Below are positions 45,601 through 55,660 of a stretch of DNA of 64,000 nucleotides, piece by piece (the first letter of the stretch is position 1; each line of letters begins with the position of its first letter). Where the stretch lies: NCBI GenBank assembly GCA_002428735.1, contig DIXO01000020.1, positions 2,554 through 66,553 of the forward strand, given 5' to 3'. A program made the translations under genes and the position numbers. The notes under the pieces were generated by a model. It did not search any database. It was given only the letters and a program-made list of their open reading frames with translations, and was not told the origin of the DNA. The stretch is from Syntrophaceae bacterium UBA6078. GTDB lineage: Bacteria > Desulfobacterota > Syntrophia > Syntrophales > UBA2210.

Positions 45601-46908
45601 ATGTCGCATCTTGCCATCAATGGAGGAGAAAAAGTCAGGACACGACCCTTCCCCGCTTACAACATGATCGGGAAGGAAGAGGAAGAAGCGGTTGTGAAGG
45701 TCATGCGCTCCGGAATCCTCTCTCGATTTCTGGGGTCCTGGCATAGGGATTTTTACGGAGGACCCGCGGTGCAGGCCCTCGAAAGAGAATGGGCTGCATA
45801 CTATAACGTCAAACATGCCATCGCGGTCAATTCGGCCACCTCCGGGCTCTATTGTGCCGTCGGAGCCACGGGCGCCGGGCCGGGGGATGAGATCATCGTC
45901 TCTCCCTATACCATGAGCGCTTCGGCCACCGCCGCCCTGGTCTATAACGCGATTCCCGTTTTTGCGGATATTGAAGAGGATTATTTCTGTCTGGATCCTG
46001 ATTCCGTCGAGGAGAGAATCACGCCCCGGACGAAGGCCATCGTGGTGGTGGATATTTTCGGCCTTCCCTATGACGCCGAACGTATCAACTCGATTGCGGA
46101 AGACCACAACCTGACGGTTATTGAAGATGCCGCGCAGGCGCCGGGGGTGAAATCAAAAGGCAGATATGCGGGCACTCTTGGCCATATCGGGGTCTATTCC
46201 TTGAATTATCATAAACATATCCATTCAGGAGAGGGGGGAATCATCGTCACGGACGATGATGAACTGGCTGAGCGGATGCGCCTCATTCGGAACCATGCCG
46301 AAGCGGTTGTCGAACAGATGGGGCGGACCCATCTGGTGAATATGCTGGGTTTCAATTTCCGCATGACTGAAATTGAAGCCGCCATTGCCCGGGAACAGTT
46401 AAAAAAACTGGAGGGCATCATGGAAAACTGGCTGAACAATGTAACGTATCTGGAAGAAAAGCTGGCGGATATCCCCTGCCTCGTCATGCCCCGGGTCCGG
46501 CCGGGCTGTGAACATGCCTATTATGTGCACCCCGTCAAATTCCGAAGCGATGTGGCCGGCATATCCCGGGAGCGTTTTGTCGATGCCGTCAGGGCGGAGT
46601 TGCCACATTACGTGAACAGAGAAGGGGAGGGCGTCAAGATCGGCTGCGGGTATGTGCAGCCATTGTATCTCCAGCCCCTCTATCAGCAGAAAACAGTGTA
46701 CGGTGACAAGGGATTCCCCTTTGTCGCTCCTTTTTACCATGAAGAGGTGAGGTATGAGAAAGGAATCTGCCCGGTCTGTGAAAAGATGTATGACACACAG
46801 CTCATCACCCATGAATTGATGCGCCCCTCCCTGAGCGGCGATGATCTGGACGACGTGGCGTCGGCCTTTGCGAAGGTCTGGAAATACCGGGGAGAATTGA
46901 AAGGGTGA
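45601..46908 (+). CDS. second DegT/DnrJ/EryC1-family sugar aminotransferase
   Basis: 435 aa with AIAVNSATSGL, DEIIVSPYT and YSLNYHKHIHSGEGG (PLP lysine). Confidence 0.75.
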   Translation: MSHLAINGGEKVRTRPFPAYNMIGKEEEEAVVKVMRSGILSRFLGSWHRDFYGGPAVQALEREWAAYYNVKHAIAVNSATSGLYCAVGATGAGPGDEIIVSPYTMSASATAALVYNAIPVFADIEEDYFCLDPDSVEERITPRTKAIVVVDIFGLPYDAERINSIAEDHNLTVIEDAAQAPGVKSKGRYAGTLGHIGVYSLNYHKHIHSGEGGIIVTDDDELAERMRLIRNHAEAVVEQMGRTHLVNMLGFNFRMTEIEAAIAREQLKKLEGIMENWLNNVTYLEEKLADIPCLVMPRVRPGCEHAYYVHPVKFRSDVAGISRERFVDAVRAELPHYVNREGEGVKIGCGYVQPLYLQPLYQQKTVYGDKGFPFVAPFYHEEVRYEKGICPVCEKMYDTQLITHELMRPSLSGDDLDDVASAFAKVWKYRGELKG

Positions 46909-46911
46909 ATC

Positions 46912-47643
46912 ATGACGGCAATGGGGAGAAGGCGGATCGGAACAGGCAAGCACGGCGGTACATCTTCTGATAGGGAGGACGGTGGCGGCGCCCGGCCACC
47001 TTGCCTATCGATCACCGTTCTCTCCGATAAAGAAAGCTGGATCAATGCGTACCTGCCGGACCTCGTGTCATCCCTGACACGAATGGGGCATGCCGTTGTC
47101 TGGAGACACAACCTTTCCCATGTCAGGAAGGGCGACATCGCCTTCTATCTGGGATGCGGACAGATCATTGCTCCCCCTGTCCTGGCGAGAAACAGGCACA
47201 ATCTTGTTGTCCATGAGAGCGACCTGCCTCACGGGAAAGGGTGGTCCCCCCTGACATGGCAGATTCTCGATGGAAAGAACGAAATTCCCGTAACCCTGTT
47301 TGAGGCGGAAGAACGGGTGGACAGCGGAAGAATCTATCTCAGGGATGTGATGCGTTTTGACGGCACGGAACTGGTAGAAGACCTGAGAAAGAAACAGGCT
47401 GCATACACCATCAGGATGTGCCTCTCCTTTGTTCGAGGGTACCCGGGGATTGTCTCAAAGGGAAGGGATCAGTCGGGAAGAGCGTCGTATTACAGGAAGC
47501 GCGCACCGGAGGATTCGAGACTTGATCCGGACAAGACGATCCGGGAACAGTTCAATCTGTTGCGTGTGGTGGATAATGAACGCTATCCGGCCTATTTCGA
47601 ACTGGATGGTCTGCGGTACACGCTTACCATACAGAGAGGGTAA
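46912..47643 (+). CDS. formyltransferase-family protein
   Basis: NLVVHESDLPHGKGWSPLTWQILDG matches the H-x-S-L-L-P-x-x-(R/K)-G formyl_trans_N core. The first ~30 residues are low-complexity, so the start is uncertain. Confidence 0.6.
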   Translation: MTAMGRRRIGTGKHGGTSSDREDGGGARPPCLSITVLSDKESWINAYLPDLVSSLTRMGHAVVWRHNLSHVRKGDIAFYLGCGQIIAPPVLARNRHNLVVHESDLPHGKGWSPLTWQILDGKNEIPVTLFEAEERVDSGRIYLRDVMRFDGTELVEDLRKKQAAYTIRMCLSFVRGYPGIVSKGRDQSGRASYYRKRAPEDSRLDPDKTIREQFNLLRVVDNERYPAYFELDGLRYTLTIQRG

Positions 47644-47647
47644 GGAA

Positions 47648-48712
47648 ATGGACCCGTTTATTGAAATGAACGGTCGTCGAATCGGGGTGGGCTGCCCCGC
47701 CTACATCGTTGCGGAAATGTCGGCCAACCATCATCAGGATTTTGATGAGGCGGTGAAAATCATTGAAGCCGCCAAGAGGGCCGGCGCGGATGCCGTGAAA
47801 CTGCAAACCTTCACCCCGGACACCCATACCATTCAGTCGGACAAGGAATATTTCCGCGTCGGCGGGGGAACGCTGTGGGATGGGAAGACGCTGTATGATC
47901 TGTATCGCGGGGCATACATGCCCTGGGAATGGCAGCCCAGGCTGAAAGAGATTGCCAATGGCCGGGGATTGGATCTTTTTTCCGCCGCCGTGGACGGTAC
48001 GGGGGTGGATTTTCTGGAGGAAATGGGTGTCCCCGTTCACAAGGTCACATCCTTTGAAATAACGGACCTGCCCCTCATTGAAAAAATGGGAAGGACCGGG
48101 AAACCGGTCATTATTTCAACCGGCATGGCTGAACTTTCGGAAATTGACGAAGCGGTCCGGGCGGCCCGCACGGCGGGTGCCCGTCAGATCGCCCTTCTCA
48201 AATGCAACAGCGCCTACCCTGCCCCGCCGGAAGAGATGAACCTGCGTACCATCCCGCACCTGGCGGAGGCCTTCGGAGTGCCGGTCGGGATCTCCGATCA
48301 CACCATGGATATCGCCGTGCCGGTAGCCGCCGTGTCACTCGGAGCCTGCATCGTGGAAAAGCACTTTACCCTGTCCCGGAATATCCCGGGCCCGGACAGC
48401 ACCTTCTCTCTTGAGCCTCACGAATTCAAGGCCATGGTCGAGGCGGTACGCACGGCCGAGAAGGCCCTGGGGACGGTGCATTACGGGGTCAGTGAGATTG
48501 AGGCACGGAGCCGCATCTTTCGCAGATCGTTGTTCGCGGTAAGGGATATAAAGGCCGGAGAGCGCTTTACGGACGGAAACATCCGGTCCATACGGCCGGG
48601 TCACGGATTGCCGGTTCGTCATGTCGGGGAGATCATCGGGCGCTATGCCAGCCGCGATATCGAGAGAGGGACGCCTCTCGCATGGGACCTCATAGGCGGG
48701 GGGGGTACATAG
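47648..48712 (+). CDS. pseI: pseudaminic acid synthase
   Basis: Start at ATG 47648. GCPAYIVAEMSANHHQDFDEAVKIIEAAKRAGADAVKLQTF and a C-terminal SAF domain (RSLFAVRDIKAGERFT). Confidence 0.85.
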   Translation: MDPFIEMNGRRIGVGCPAYIVAEMSANHHQDFDEAVKIIEAAKRAGADAVKLQTFTPDTHTIQSDKEYFRVGGGTLWDGKTLYDLYRGAYMPWEWQPRLKEIANGRGLDLFSAAVDGTGVDFLEEMGVPVHKVTSFEITDLPLIEKMGRTGKPVIISTGMAELSEIDEAVRAARTAGARQIALLKCNSAYPAPPEEMNLRTIPHLAEAFGVPVGISDHTMDIAVPVAAVSLGACIVEKHFTLSRNIPGPDSTFSLEPHEFKAMVEAVRTAEKALGTVHYGVSEIEARSRIFRRSLFAVRDIKAGERFTDGNIRSIRPGHGLPVRHVGEIIGRYASRDIERGTPLAWDLIGGGGT

Positions 48713-48715
48713 ACT

Positions 48716-49711
48716 ATGACGACTGTACTGATAACCGGGGCCGGCGGAGCGGCAATTCCCGGACTTATCAACCGGTTGCGAAGCGATGGGTACCGGGTTC
48801 TGGCCGCGGATATGGATCGACATGCCGTCGGGCTTTTTCTCGCGGACGCCGGGTTAATCATACCCCCCGGAGGGGCGCCCGGCTTTGTGCCGGCCCTTCG
48901 TCGGATCTGTCATGAGGAGAACGTTGAAGTCGTCGTACCCCTTGTGGATGAAGAATTGGCGCCTGTCTGGGAGCTTGCCGGTGACGGCGTGCACATCATG
49001 TTGCCCAGACGAGAATTTATCTCCCTTTGCCTGGATAAATACGCACTCGCGAAGCGATTAGCCGTATGCGATATCAGGGCACCCCACACCAGACTTGCGA
49101 GCGAAGGTGTTGGCGCCGCGATGCGGTTTCCCCTGGTGGTGAAACCGCGGACGGGCAGAGGCAGCCGCGGGGTAGAACTGCTGGACTCGAACGAGGCATT
49201 ACGGTCGTATCTCGGCGGCAGTCCCTATGGGGAGGATAAACTGATTCTCCAGGAATATATCAGTGGCCCCGAGTTTACGGTCTCCGTTGTCGCCTGGCGG
49301 GACGGGGAGGTGCAGGCGGTTGTTCCCAAAGAGGTCATCAGCAAACGGGGGATAACCCGCCTGGCCGTTACCAGGCGGAACGACAGGATCGATCGGCTGT
49401 GCAGAGACATACAGTCCCGTCTGCGCGCGGACGGTCCCTTTAATGTGCAGTTGCGAATCGATGAGAAGAGCGGAGAGCCGGTTCCTTTTGAGATCAATCC
49501 GCGATTCTCGACGACCGTTTCGCTGACCATTGCGGCGGGCATCGATGAACTGGGAGGGCTTATCAGGCAGGCGGTGAGCGGAAGCAATTCCTGTCGCTTT
49601 GATCAATGGCGCGAAGGTGTTGTTCTGATCCGTCAGACCCTTGATGAATTTGTCGCCGAATCTGATTTTAACGCCCGCAACGATCACATACGGGGAGTGC
49701 AACGGCAATGA
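48716..49711 (+). CDS. ATP-grasp domain enzyme
   Basis: VLITGAGGAA... pre-ATP-grasp, ...FPLVVKPRTGRGSRGV..., LILQEYISGPEFTV and FEINPRFS. Confidence 0.7.
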   Translation: MTTVLITGAGGAAIPGLINRLRSDGYRVLAADMDRHAVGLFLADAGLIIPPGGAPGFVPALRRICHEENVEVVVPLVDEELAPVWELAGDGVHIMLPRREFISLCLDKYALAKRLAVCDIRAPHTRLASEGVGAAMRFPLVVKPRTGRGSRGVELLDSNEALRSYLGGSPYGEDKLILQEYISGPEFTVSVVAWRDGEVQAVVPKEVISKRGITRLAVTRRNDRIDRLCRDIQSRLRADGPFNVQLRIDEKSGEPVPFEINPRFSTTVSLTIAAGIDELGGLIRQAVSGSNSCRFDQWREGVVLIRQTLDEFVAESDFNARNDHIRGVQRQ

Positions 49712-50661
49712 TTCTTGTCACGGGTGCGGGCGGTTTTCTGGGACGTCATCTTGTTGCCCATTCGCTGGCTGCGGGGGCGGATGTGGTGCCGCTGTATCGA
49801 AGCGTGAAAATGAAGATCGAGAAACAGAGATGGGAAGCCGACCTGACAAATCCACAGCACATGCAGGGACTGAAAGAATATGTCCAGACCCCGCATACGA
49901 TTGTTCATCTTGCCGGTCGTATCGAGATTTCTCTCGTGCCGAATCCCCTGTCTGTCTCCCTGCCCCCTGTGGCCGGGTCGGAAGATATTTCATCCATCTA
50001 TTCGGCGAACGTCACTTCGACGGCACATCTCCTCCAGTATTGTCTTCAGAAGGGAGTGAAGCATCTTATATTCGCCTCTTCGCAGACGGTTTACGGCATG
50101 CCGGCCTGTGAGGTGATTACCGAAGAGACACGCTGTGAACCGCTCGAACATTATGCGGCCAGCAAACTGTGCGCAGAGCACCTGCTGGAAATCGGCGCGC
50201 GTCAGGGCCTCACCGTCACGGTGCTCCGGTTCCCCGGTCTGTACGGGGGAGATCGAAGGGAAGGGGTTGTGTATGGATTTTGCAGATCCGCTTTGGAGCG
50301 GAGGAGCATCGAGGTGAAAACGGACATTCCTCTGCCCATTGATGTCATCCATGTCAGTGATGTGGTGGACGCCATTGAAAAGGCGATATCTCTTAAGGGG
50401 CATGAGTGGCATTGCCTGAATATTGCCACCGGTGAAGCATGCAGCCTGCATATACTCGCGGATTCCATTGCGGGGCTTGTTCCGGGATGCACGGCGCATG
50501 TGTCCGGCGTACCGCAGCCGATAGTGAGGATGGATTCTTCAAAGGCGCGTTCCGTCCTGGGGTGGCGGGCTGTGTCTCGTCGCGAAAGGCTCTCAGCAAT
50601 GATAAAAAATGTAGAAAACGAGTTCAGAGCACCTGAACACAAGGAGGCATGGCATGCCTGA
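49708..50661 (+). CDS. NAD-dependent epimerase/dehydratase (extended SDR)
   Basis: ILVTGAGGFLGRHL (GxxGxxG) and YAASKLCAE (YxxxK). Confidence 0.75.
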   Translation: MILVTGAGGFLGRHLVAHSLAAGADVVPLYRSVKMKIEKQRWEADLTNPQHMQGLKEYVQTPHTIVHLAGRIEISLVPNPLSVSLPPVAGSEDISSIYSANVTSTAHLLQYCLQKGVKHLIFASSQTVYGMPACEVITEETRCEPLEHYAASKLCAEHLLEIGARQGLTVTVLRFPGLYGGDRREGVVYGFCRSALERRSIEVKTDIPLPIDVIHVSDVVDAIEKAISLKGHEWHCLNIATGEACSLHILADSIAGLVPGCTAHVSGVPQPIVRMDSSKARSVLGWRAVSRRERLSAMIKNVENEFRAPEHKEAWHA

Positions 50662-51385
50662 AAAAATAATAGAAAAGTTTCAACGCAGTGACAAGATGTA
50701 CTTATCAAAACGCCGTGATCTGGCGGAGAAACTGGAAATTCCCGAGCTCTGGAAAATTATCGACCACTTCGGCCTTTACACGGGGGTACAGACCCTCGGC
50801 CACAGCCTTGCCGTCTTTGAAATAATGAAGCGGTGCATCACCATTCCCGGGCATCTGGTCGAGTTCGGCTGCTGGAACGGGGCCAACCTGATGTTTATGG
50901 CAAAGGTGCTCCAACTGCTTCAACCCAATACCTATAAACATGTTTATGGATTCGACAGTTTTGAAGGGCTCCAGACATTTGCGGCAGAGGATGGAAATAG
51001 TCGGGGCTCTTCCGGCAAATACAGAGGCAACGAGGCGGTTCTGAGAGCCATCATTGATTTTTTTGATATGGATGAATGGGTCCATATCGTTAAAGGAAAC
51101 GCACTGGAAACCATCCCGCAGTTTGAAAAAGACAATCCCCATATCCTGTTTTCTCTCGCGTATATAGACTTTGATCTCTACGAGCCGTGCAGGGTCGCGC
51201 TCGAATACGCGGCGCAGCGGATGGCCCCCGGTGGAATCATCGTTTTTGACGAGGCGCTGACGCATTTATGGCCCGGAGAGGGGCAGGTCCTTGTGGAGTT
51301 TCTTGCTGAAAAGGGGGCCGGTGAATATGCCATGCATACTGTTCCCTTTGCGCGTCAGCCGACGGCATATCTCGTAAAGAAATGA
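50654..51385 (+). CDS. TylF/MycF-like class I SAM-dependent methyltransferase
   Basis: HLVEFGCWNGANLMFM, YGFDSFEGL and LAYIDFDLYEPCRVAL...GGIIVFDE. Confidence 0.65.
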   Translation: MPEKIIEKFQRSDKMYLSKRRDLAEKLEIPELWKIIDHFGLYTGVQTLGHSLAVFEIMKRCITIPGHLVEFGCWNGANLMFMAKVLQLLQPNTYKHVYGFDSFEGLQTFAAEDGNSRGSSGKYRGNEAVLRAIIDFFDMDEWVHIVKGNALETIPQFEKDNPHILFSLAYIDFDLYEPCRVALEYAAQRMAPGGIIVFDEALTHLWPGEGQVLVEFLAEKGAGEYAMHTVPFARQPTAYLVKK

Positions 51386-52197
51386 TTCAAGAACTTGCTG
51401 AGATTGTTTGTGATATCGGAATACTGCTCTTGAAATGGCGCGATGCCGGGATATGCGAAGGACGATGGCAAGGCACCCAGTTCAAGGCCCGCGCGGACCG
51501 CATGGCCCATCGCGCCCTCTCGGAAGAACTGATGAAGATTGCCCCCGCGATCCCCATAGTCAGTGAGGAGGATGAAGCGTCCATACAGGGGAAGCGGCCC
51601 GACTGCTACTGGCTTATTGATCCCATCGACGGTACGGCCAGCTTCGTCGGCGGTTTCCCGGGCTTTGTTACACAGGCGGCGCTGATGAAAGACGGATGCC
51701 CCTCCGTGGCCGCCATCTACGCCCCGGTCTCCGACTCGCTCTATCTAGCAGAAAGAAGAGGCGGCGCTACCCTGAACGGTCGGCCCCTTTCTCTTACCGG
51801 AGACGGGAAACCGGCAATACTGATCGACAACTACCCCGAACCACGGGGAGTGACGCGGGCCGTCTATGAAGATCTGAACTTTCGCCGATACATCGAGTGC
51901 GGGAGCATCTCTCTGAAGATATGCAGAATCGCTGATGGAACGGCTGATCTGTTCTTCAAGGACGTCATCGTGCGGGACTGGGATGTGGCCGCCCCGCAAC
52001 TGGTCCTCGAAGAAGCGGGCGGCATTCTGCGGGATTGCCGCGGCAGGAAGATACGGTTTGACGGTAATAACACGCAGTACGAGGGTCTCGTAGCGGCTTC
52101 GACCCACAGTGGGTGCCGCTCCGTCGTGTCCTGGTATGAAACCTTTCAAAGAAAGGAGCTGTGTCATGGATGTGCTGATAGTTGCCGCTCATCCTGA
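51382..52197 (+). CDS. inositol-monophosphatase/CysQ-family phosphatase
   Basis: IVSEEDE... and WLIDPIDGTASF (WxxDPxDGT metal-binding motif). Confidence 0.7.
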   Translation: MIQELAEIVCDIGILLLKWRDAGICEGRWQGTQFKARADRMAHRALSEELMKIAPAIPIVSEEDEASIQGKRPDCYWLIDPIDGTASFVGGFPGFVTQAALMKDGCPSVAAIYAPVSDSLYLAERRGGATLNGRPLSLTGDGKPAILIDNYPEPRGVTRAVYEDLNFRRYIECGSISLKICRIADGTADLFFKDVIVRDWDVAAPQLVLEEAGGILRDCRGRKIRFDGNNTQYEGLVAASTHSGCRSVVSWYETFQRKELCHGCADSCRSS

Positions 52198-52846
52198 CGA
52201 TGAAGTCCTCGGCTGCGGGGGCACTGTTGCCAGGATGGTTCGGGAAGAAAACTCGGTCTATATCGCTATCCTGGGCGAGGGGATTACCTCCCGTTATGAC
52301 GAGAGGGAACGGGCCGATCGTGGACTGGTCGACGCGCTTCACGCCCGCAGCCGGCAGGCGGCTGGACTCCTGGGCGCCTCCGAACTCTTCACACACAATC
52401 TGCCGGACAACCGCTTTGATACCGTGCCGCTGCTGGATGTCGTAAAAATTGTCGAAGGGCTGATAGAGTCGCTGAAGCCGGAGGTTATTTATACCCATCA
52501 TGGGGGTGACCTGAACATAGACCATCAGGTGGTGCACCGGGCCGTCCTGACCGCTTCGCGCCCCCTGGCCGACTGCCCCGTGAAACGGCTGTATGCCTTT
52601 GAGGTGCCTTCTTCAACGGAGTGGTCTTTCGGTCAGTTGCAGCCGGTTTTCAGACCGAACGTATTGACGGATATCAGCGCCACACTGGAAACGAAGATCG
52701 AGGCGATGGGACTGTACGGAGACGAGGCGCGCCCGTTTCCTCATCCGCGCTCGCCTGAGGCGCTGAGGGCAATCGCGCGAAAATGGGGGAGTGTTGCGGG
52801 GATGGAGGCCGCGGAGGCCTTTGAACTGATCAGGGAGGTTCGTTGA
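52166..52846 (+). CDS. PIG-L/LmbE-family N-deacetylase
   Basis: RBS AAAGGAG precedes ATG 52166. MDVLIVAAHPDDEVLGCGGT and ...HHGGDLNIDH. Confidence 0.8.
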   Translation: MDVLIVAAHPDDEVLGCGGTVARMVREENSVYIAILGEGITSRYDERERADRGLVDALHARSRQAAGLLGASELFTHNLPDNRFDTVPLLDVVKIVEGLIESLKPEVIYTHHGGDLNIDHQVVHRAVLTASRPLADCPVKRLYAFEVPSSTEWSFGQLQPVFRPNVLTDISATLETKIEAMGLYGDEARPFPHPRSPEALRAIARKWGSVAGMEAAEAFELIREVR

Positions 52847-53835
52847 TGGCGGCGAAGACGTACCGGGCGGCTCTTGTGGGTCTGGGAAACATCGCGTGGC
52901 GCTTTGATCGACAGGTGACCTGTGGATACAGTCTCACCCATGCCTCCGCTTACGAACACAACCCCGGGACCGTTCTTGCGGGTGGGTGTTCCCCCGACAG
53001 GGAGGATCGCGCCGCCTTCGAAAAAACCTGCGGGATACGGGCGGTGGACACCCTGGAGTCTTTGCTTGAGACGGCGAAGCCGGAAATCGTCAGCATCTGT
53101 TCTCCGTCGGCATTGCACTTCGAACAGGTTGCCTATTGCCTTGATCGGAAGGTTCCCATGATCTGGCTCGAAAAGCCGCCGGCATCATCAGCCGGAGAGA
53201 TTGATCGTCTCATTGAAAAGATGATGGAGAGGGGCAAAGCCAGCACGGTCCTGGTCAATTATCACAGACGGTATGATCCCCATTTCCGGCAGATGAGAGA
53301 ACTCTATCTGAAAGAGACACTGGGGACATGCCGGCTCATTCAGATAACCTACTCGAGAGGCCTGGAACTGAACGGCTCGCACATCCTGGACATGCTCTTC
53401 TTTATCGTTGGGGAAGGCGCGGGATACGAAATACAGTGGGTTTCTTCCGCCGGTGGTCTGGAGAATCCGAGTTTTGGTCTGGCTCTCGAATCCGGCGTTC
53501 AGGTCGTTGTCTCCGGAGTCACCCTGCCGTATCACTGCGTTGATATCTCGCTCACCTGCGAAGAGGGGAGGGTTTCGATCCTCCACGGGGGGATGACTCC
53601 ACTGGTGGAAGAACGGGTTGAGCATGAACTGTTTCCCGGTTTTTACCGGCTCAGAAAGAGTGAGAAGGAATATTTTGTGTCCTGCGGTCAGGCCAACGGC
53701 ATGGAGGGTGTTCTGGAAGATTTAATCCGTTCTTACGAACAGGGGGTCGCCACACAGAGCAGTCTCCAGTCCGCGAGGAAAACGCAGGAATTGATCGACA
53801 GGATCAGATCAAGCCAGAGGAAGCAGGTTTCGTGA
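52843..53835 (+). CDS. Gfo/Idh/MocA-family oxidoreductase
   Basis: N-terminal Rossmann AALVGLGNIAWRF and ...EKPPASS..., about 330 aa. Confidence 0.7.
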   Translation: MMAAKTYRAALVGLGNIAWRFDRQVTCGYSLTHASAYEHNPGTVLAGGCSPDREDRAAFEKTCGIRAVDTLESLLETAKPEIVSICSPSALHFEQVAYCLDRKVPMIWLEKPPASSAGEIDRLIEKMMERGKASTVLVNYHRRYDPHFRQMRELYLKETLGTCRLIQITYSRGLELNGSHILDMLFFIVGEGAGYEIQWVSSAGGLENPSFGLALESGVQVVVSGVTLPYHCVDISLTCEEGRVSILHGGMTPLVEERVEHELFPGFYRLRKSEKEYFVSCGQANGMEGVLEDLIRSYEQGVATQSSLQSARKTQELIDRIRSSQRKQVS

Positions 53836-54947
53836 AAGCCTTGTTTGTATCAGGAGATGTGGGGGGAGCGCGGGCATTGCTCCCCGTGATGGGTGCCTGT
53901 GAAAGACACTCCTTCCCCTTTGCCGTGTGCAGACACGGGCACATTGTAACAGAAGCGCCGGAGCGCTGGGAATGGATTCATCCGGACGGCACGGCCGATA
54001 TGAGGAATTTCTTCGCAGAAAACGGTGTCGGCGTACTGGTATTTGCAACCAGCTCGAAGGACACGACTGCTTTGACGCTGGCGCGGCGCGCCGGTGAATG
54101 TCTCATCCCCACCATCCACGTGCTCGACAACTGGACAAGCTACGCCCTCCGCATGCGAATGGACGGTCTCCCGCCCTTTGTGCCCGATGTCTATACGGTC
54201 ATCGACGATCTTTCACGGAGAGAAGCCGAAGAAGACGGCGTGGACGGGTCCGTACTGTATGTAACGGGCCAGCCGGCGCTGGCATCCCTGGCGGAGGAAT
54301 ACCGCGTGTGGCTAAACAGTGGAGTCGGGAACGTATCCCACCGGGCCGCGTCCCGTTCGGGCAAACGGGTGATGGCCTTCATATCCGAGCCCGTGACGCA
54401 CGATCAGGGGGCCACGTCCGCATCCTCCCGGTACCGGGGGTATACGGAAAAAGAGGTCCTCTCCCTCTTTTGTCAAACCATGCAGCCCTCTGCCGATAGC
54501 GTACAGATCATGGTGCTTCCCCATCCGCGGGAGGACCGGGAAGAGCTCTCCCGGCACTGGGAGTCCTCGCGGGGTGTGCTGGAGGGGGAAATCGCGTCGG
54601 TTGACCGGGGGCGGAAAGCGATCTTTGGGGCGGACGCAGTGGTCGGCATGGCCTCCCTTCTTCTGTACGAGGCATGGCTTCTTGGAAAACCGGTCATGAG
54701 CCTCCAGCCCGGGCTGCGGGTCAAACCGCTCCGGATGCTCGCACGCAGGGAAGGGGTCTTGTTCATAGATACCTATGAAAACACGGCCGACAGGGTAAAG
54801 AAATGGATTTCATCGATACGGTTCGGCGCGCGCCATTCCCCGTTGCCGGAATTGCGGTTGCATGAAAAAGCGCCTGAGGACGTGTTCAGACTGATTGAAC
54901 GATATGCAAAACAAAAGAAAACCCACAGAATGAGGAGCCAATCATGA
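53832..54947 (+). CDS. hypothetical protein, possibly GT-B fold (glycosyltransferase/epimerase-like)
   Basis: 371 aa with alternating beta-alpha character in two halves (MKALFVSGDVGG..., VMAFISEP...). There is no definitive motif. It overlaps both neighbouring genes by 4 nt. Confidence 0.5.
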   Translation: MKALFVSGDVGGARALLPVMGACERHSFPFAVCRHGHIVTEAPERWEWIHPDGTADMRNFFAENGVGVLVFATSSKDTTALTLARRAGECLIPTIHVLDNWTSYALRMRMDGLPPFVPDVYTVIDDLSRREAEEDGVDGSVLYVTGQPALASLAEEYRVWLNSGVGNVSHRAASRSGKRVMAFISEPVTHDQGATSASSRYRGYTEKEVLSLFCQTMQPSADSVQIMVLPHPREDREELSRHWESSRGVLEGEIASVDRGRKAIFGADAVVGMASLLLYEAWLLGKPVMSLQPGLRVKPLRMLARREGVLFIDTYENTADRVKKWISSIRFGARHSPLPELRLHEKAPEDVFRLIERYAKQKKTHRMRSQS

Positions 54948-55660
54948 ATGTAGCTGTTATCCCCGCCAGGGGCGGATCCAAGCGGGTGCCGAACAAGAAC
55001 ATGAAATTGTTCGCGGGAAAGCCCATCATCGCCTATTCCATTGAGGCGGCACATGAGTCCGGGGTGTTTGACAGGATTATCGTCTCCACCGATTCCGGGG
55101 AGATCGCCCGCGTGGCCCGCGAATGCGGGGCTGAAACGCCGTTCCTGCGCCCGGCGGAGCTGTCGGGCGATTTTACCCCCACCGCGCCGGTGCTGCTGCA
55201 CGCCCTGGAATGGCTTCGCGAAAACGGGTTCAATCCGGCATACCTTTGCTGTATCTACGCCACCGCGCCCTTCATCCGGCCGGAATATATCAGGCAGGGT
55301 CTTGAGCTGGTCATGGGGGATGGGGTGACATCCGCCTTTTCCGTCACCACCTTTCCCTTTCCCATCTTCAGGGCGCTCCGGATCACGGAAAGCGGCGCCG
55401 TCACGATGTACTGGCCGGAGTATGAGATGGCGCGATCCAATGATCTGGAGGAAGCGTACCATGACGCGGGTCAGTTCTACTGGCTCGACTGTCCCCTGTT
55501 CCAAAAGGAACAGAAGTTGTACGGCAGTCATTCCATGCCGGTTATTCTCCCCCGCTATCTCGTCCAGGATATCGACACGCCCGAGGACTGGGAAACCGCG
55601 GAGAGGATGTTCGCGGCAATGAATGGAAACGGCCAACCATGCGACGGGAGAAGCGCATAA
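54944..55660 (+). CDS. pseF: pseudaminic acid cytidylyltransferase (CMP-Pse synthetase)
   Basis: VAVIPARGGSKRVPNKNMKLFAGKPIIAYSIEAA is the CMP-NeuAc-synthase-family N-terminus. Confidence 0.8.
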   Translation: MNVAVIPARGGSKRVPNKNMKLFAGKPIIAYSIEAAHESGVFDRIIVSTDSGEIARVARECGAETPFLRPAELSGDFTPTAPVLLHALEWLRENGFNPAYLCCIYATAPFIRPEYIRQGLELVMGDGVTSAFSVTTFPFPIFRALRITESGAVTMYWPEYEMARSNDLEEAYHDAGQFYWLDCPLFQKEQKLYGSHSMPVILPRYLVQDIDTPEDWETAERMFAAMNGNGQPCDGRSA

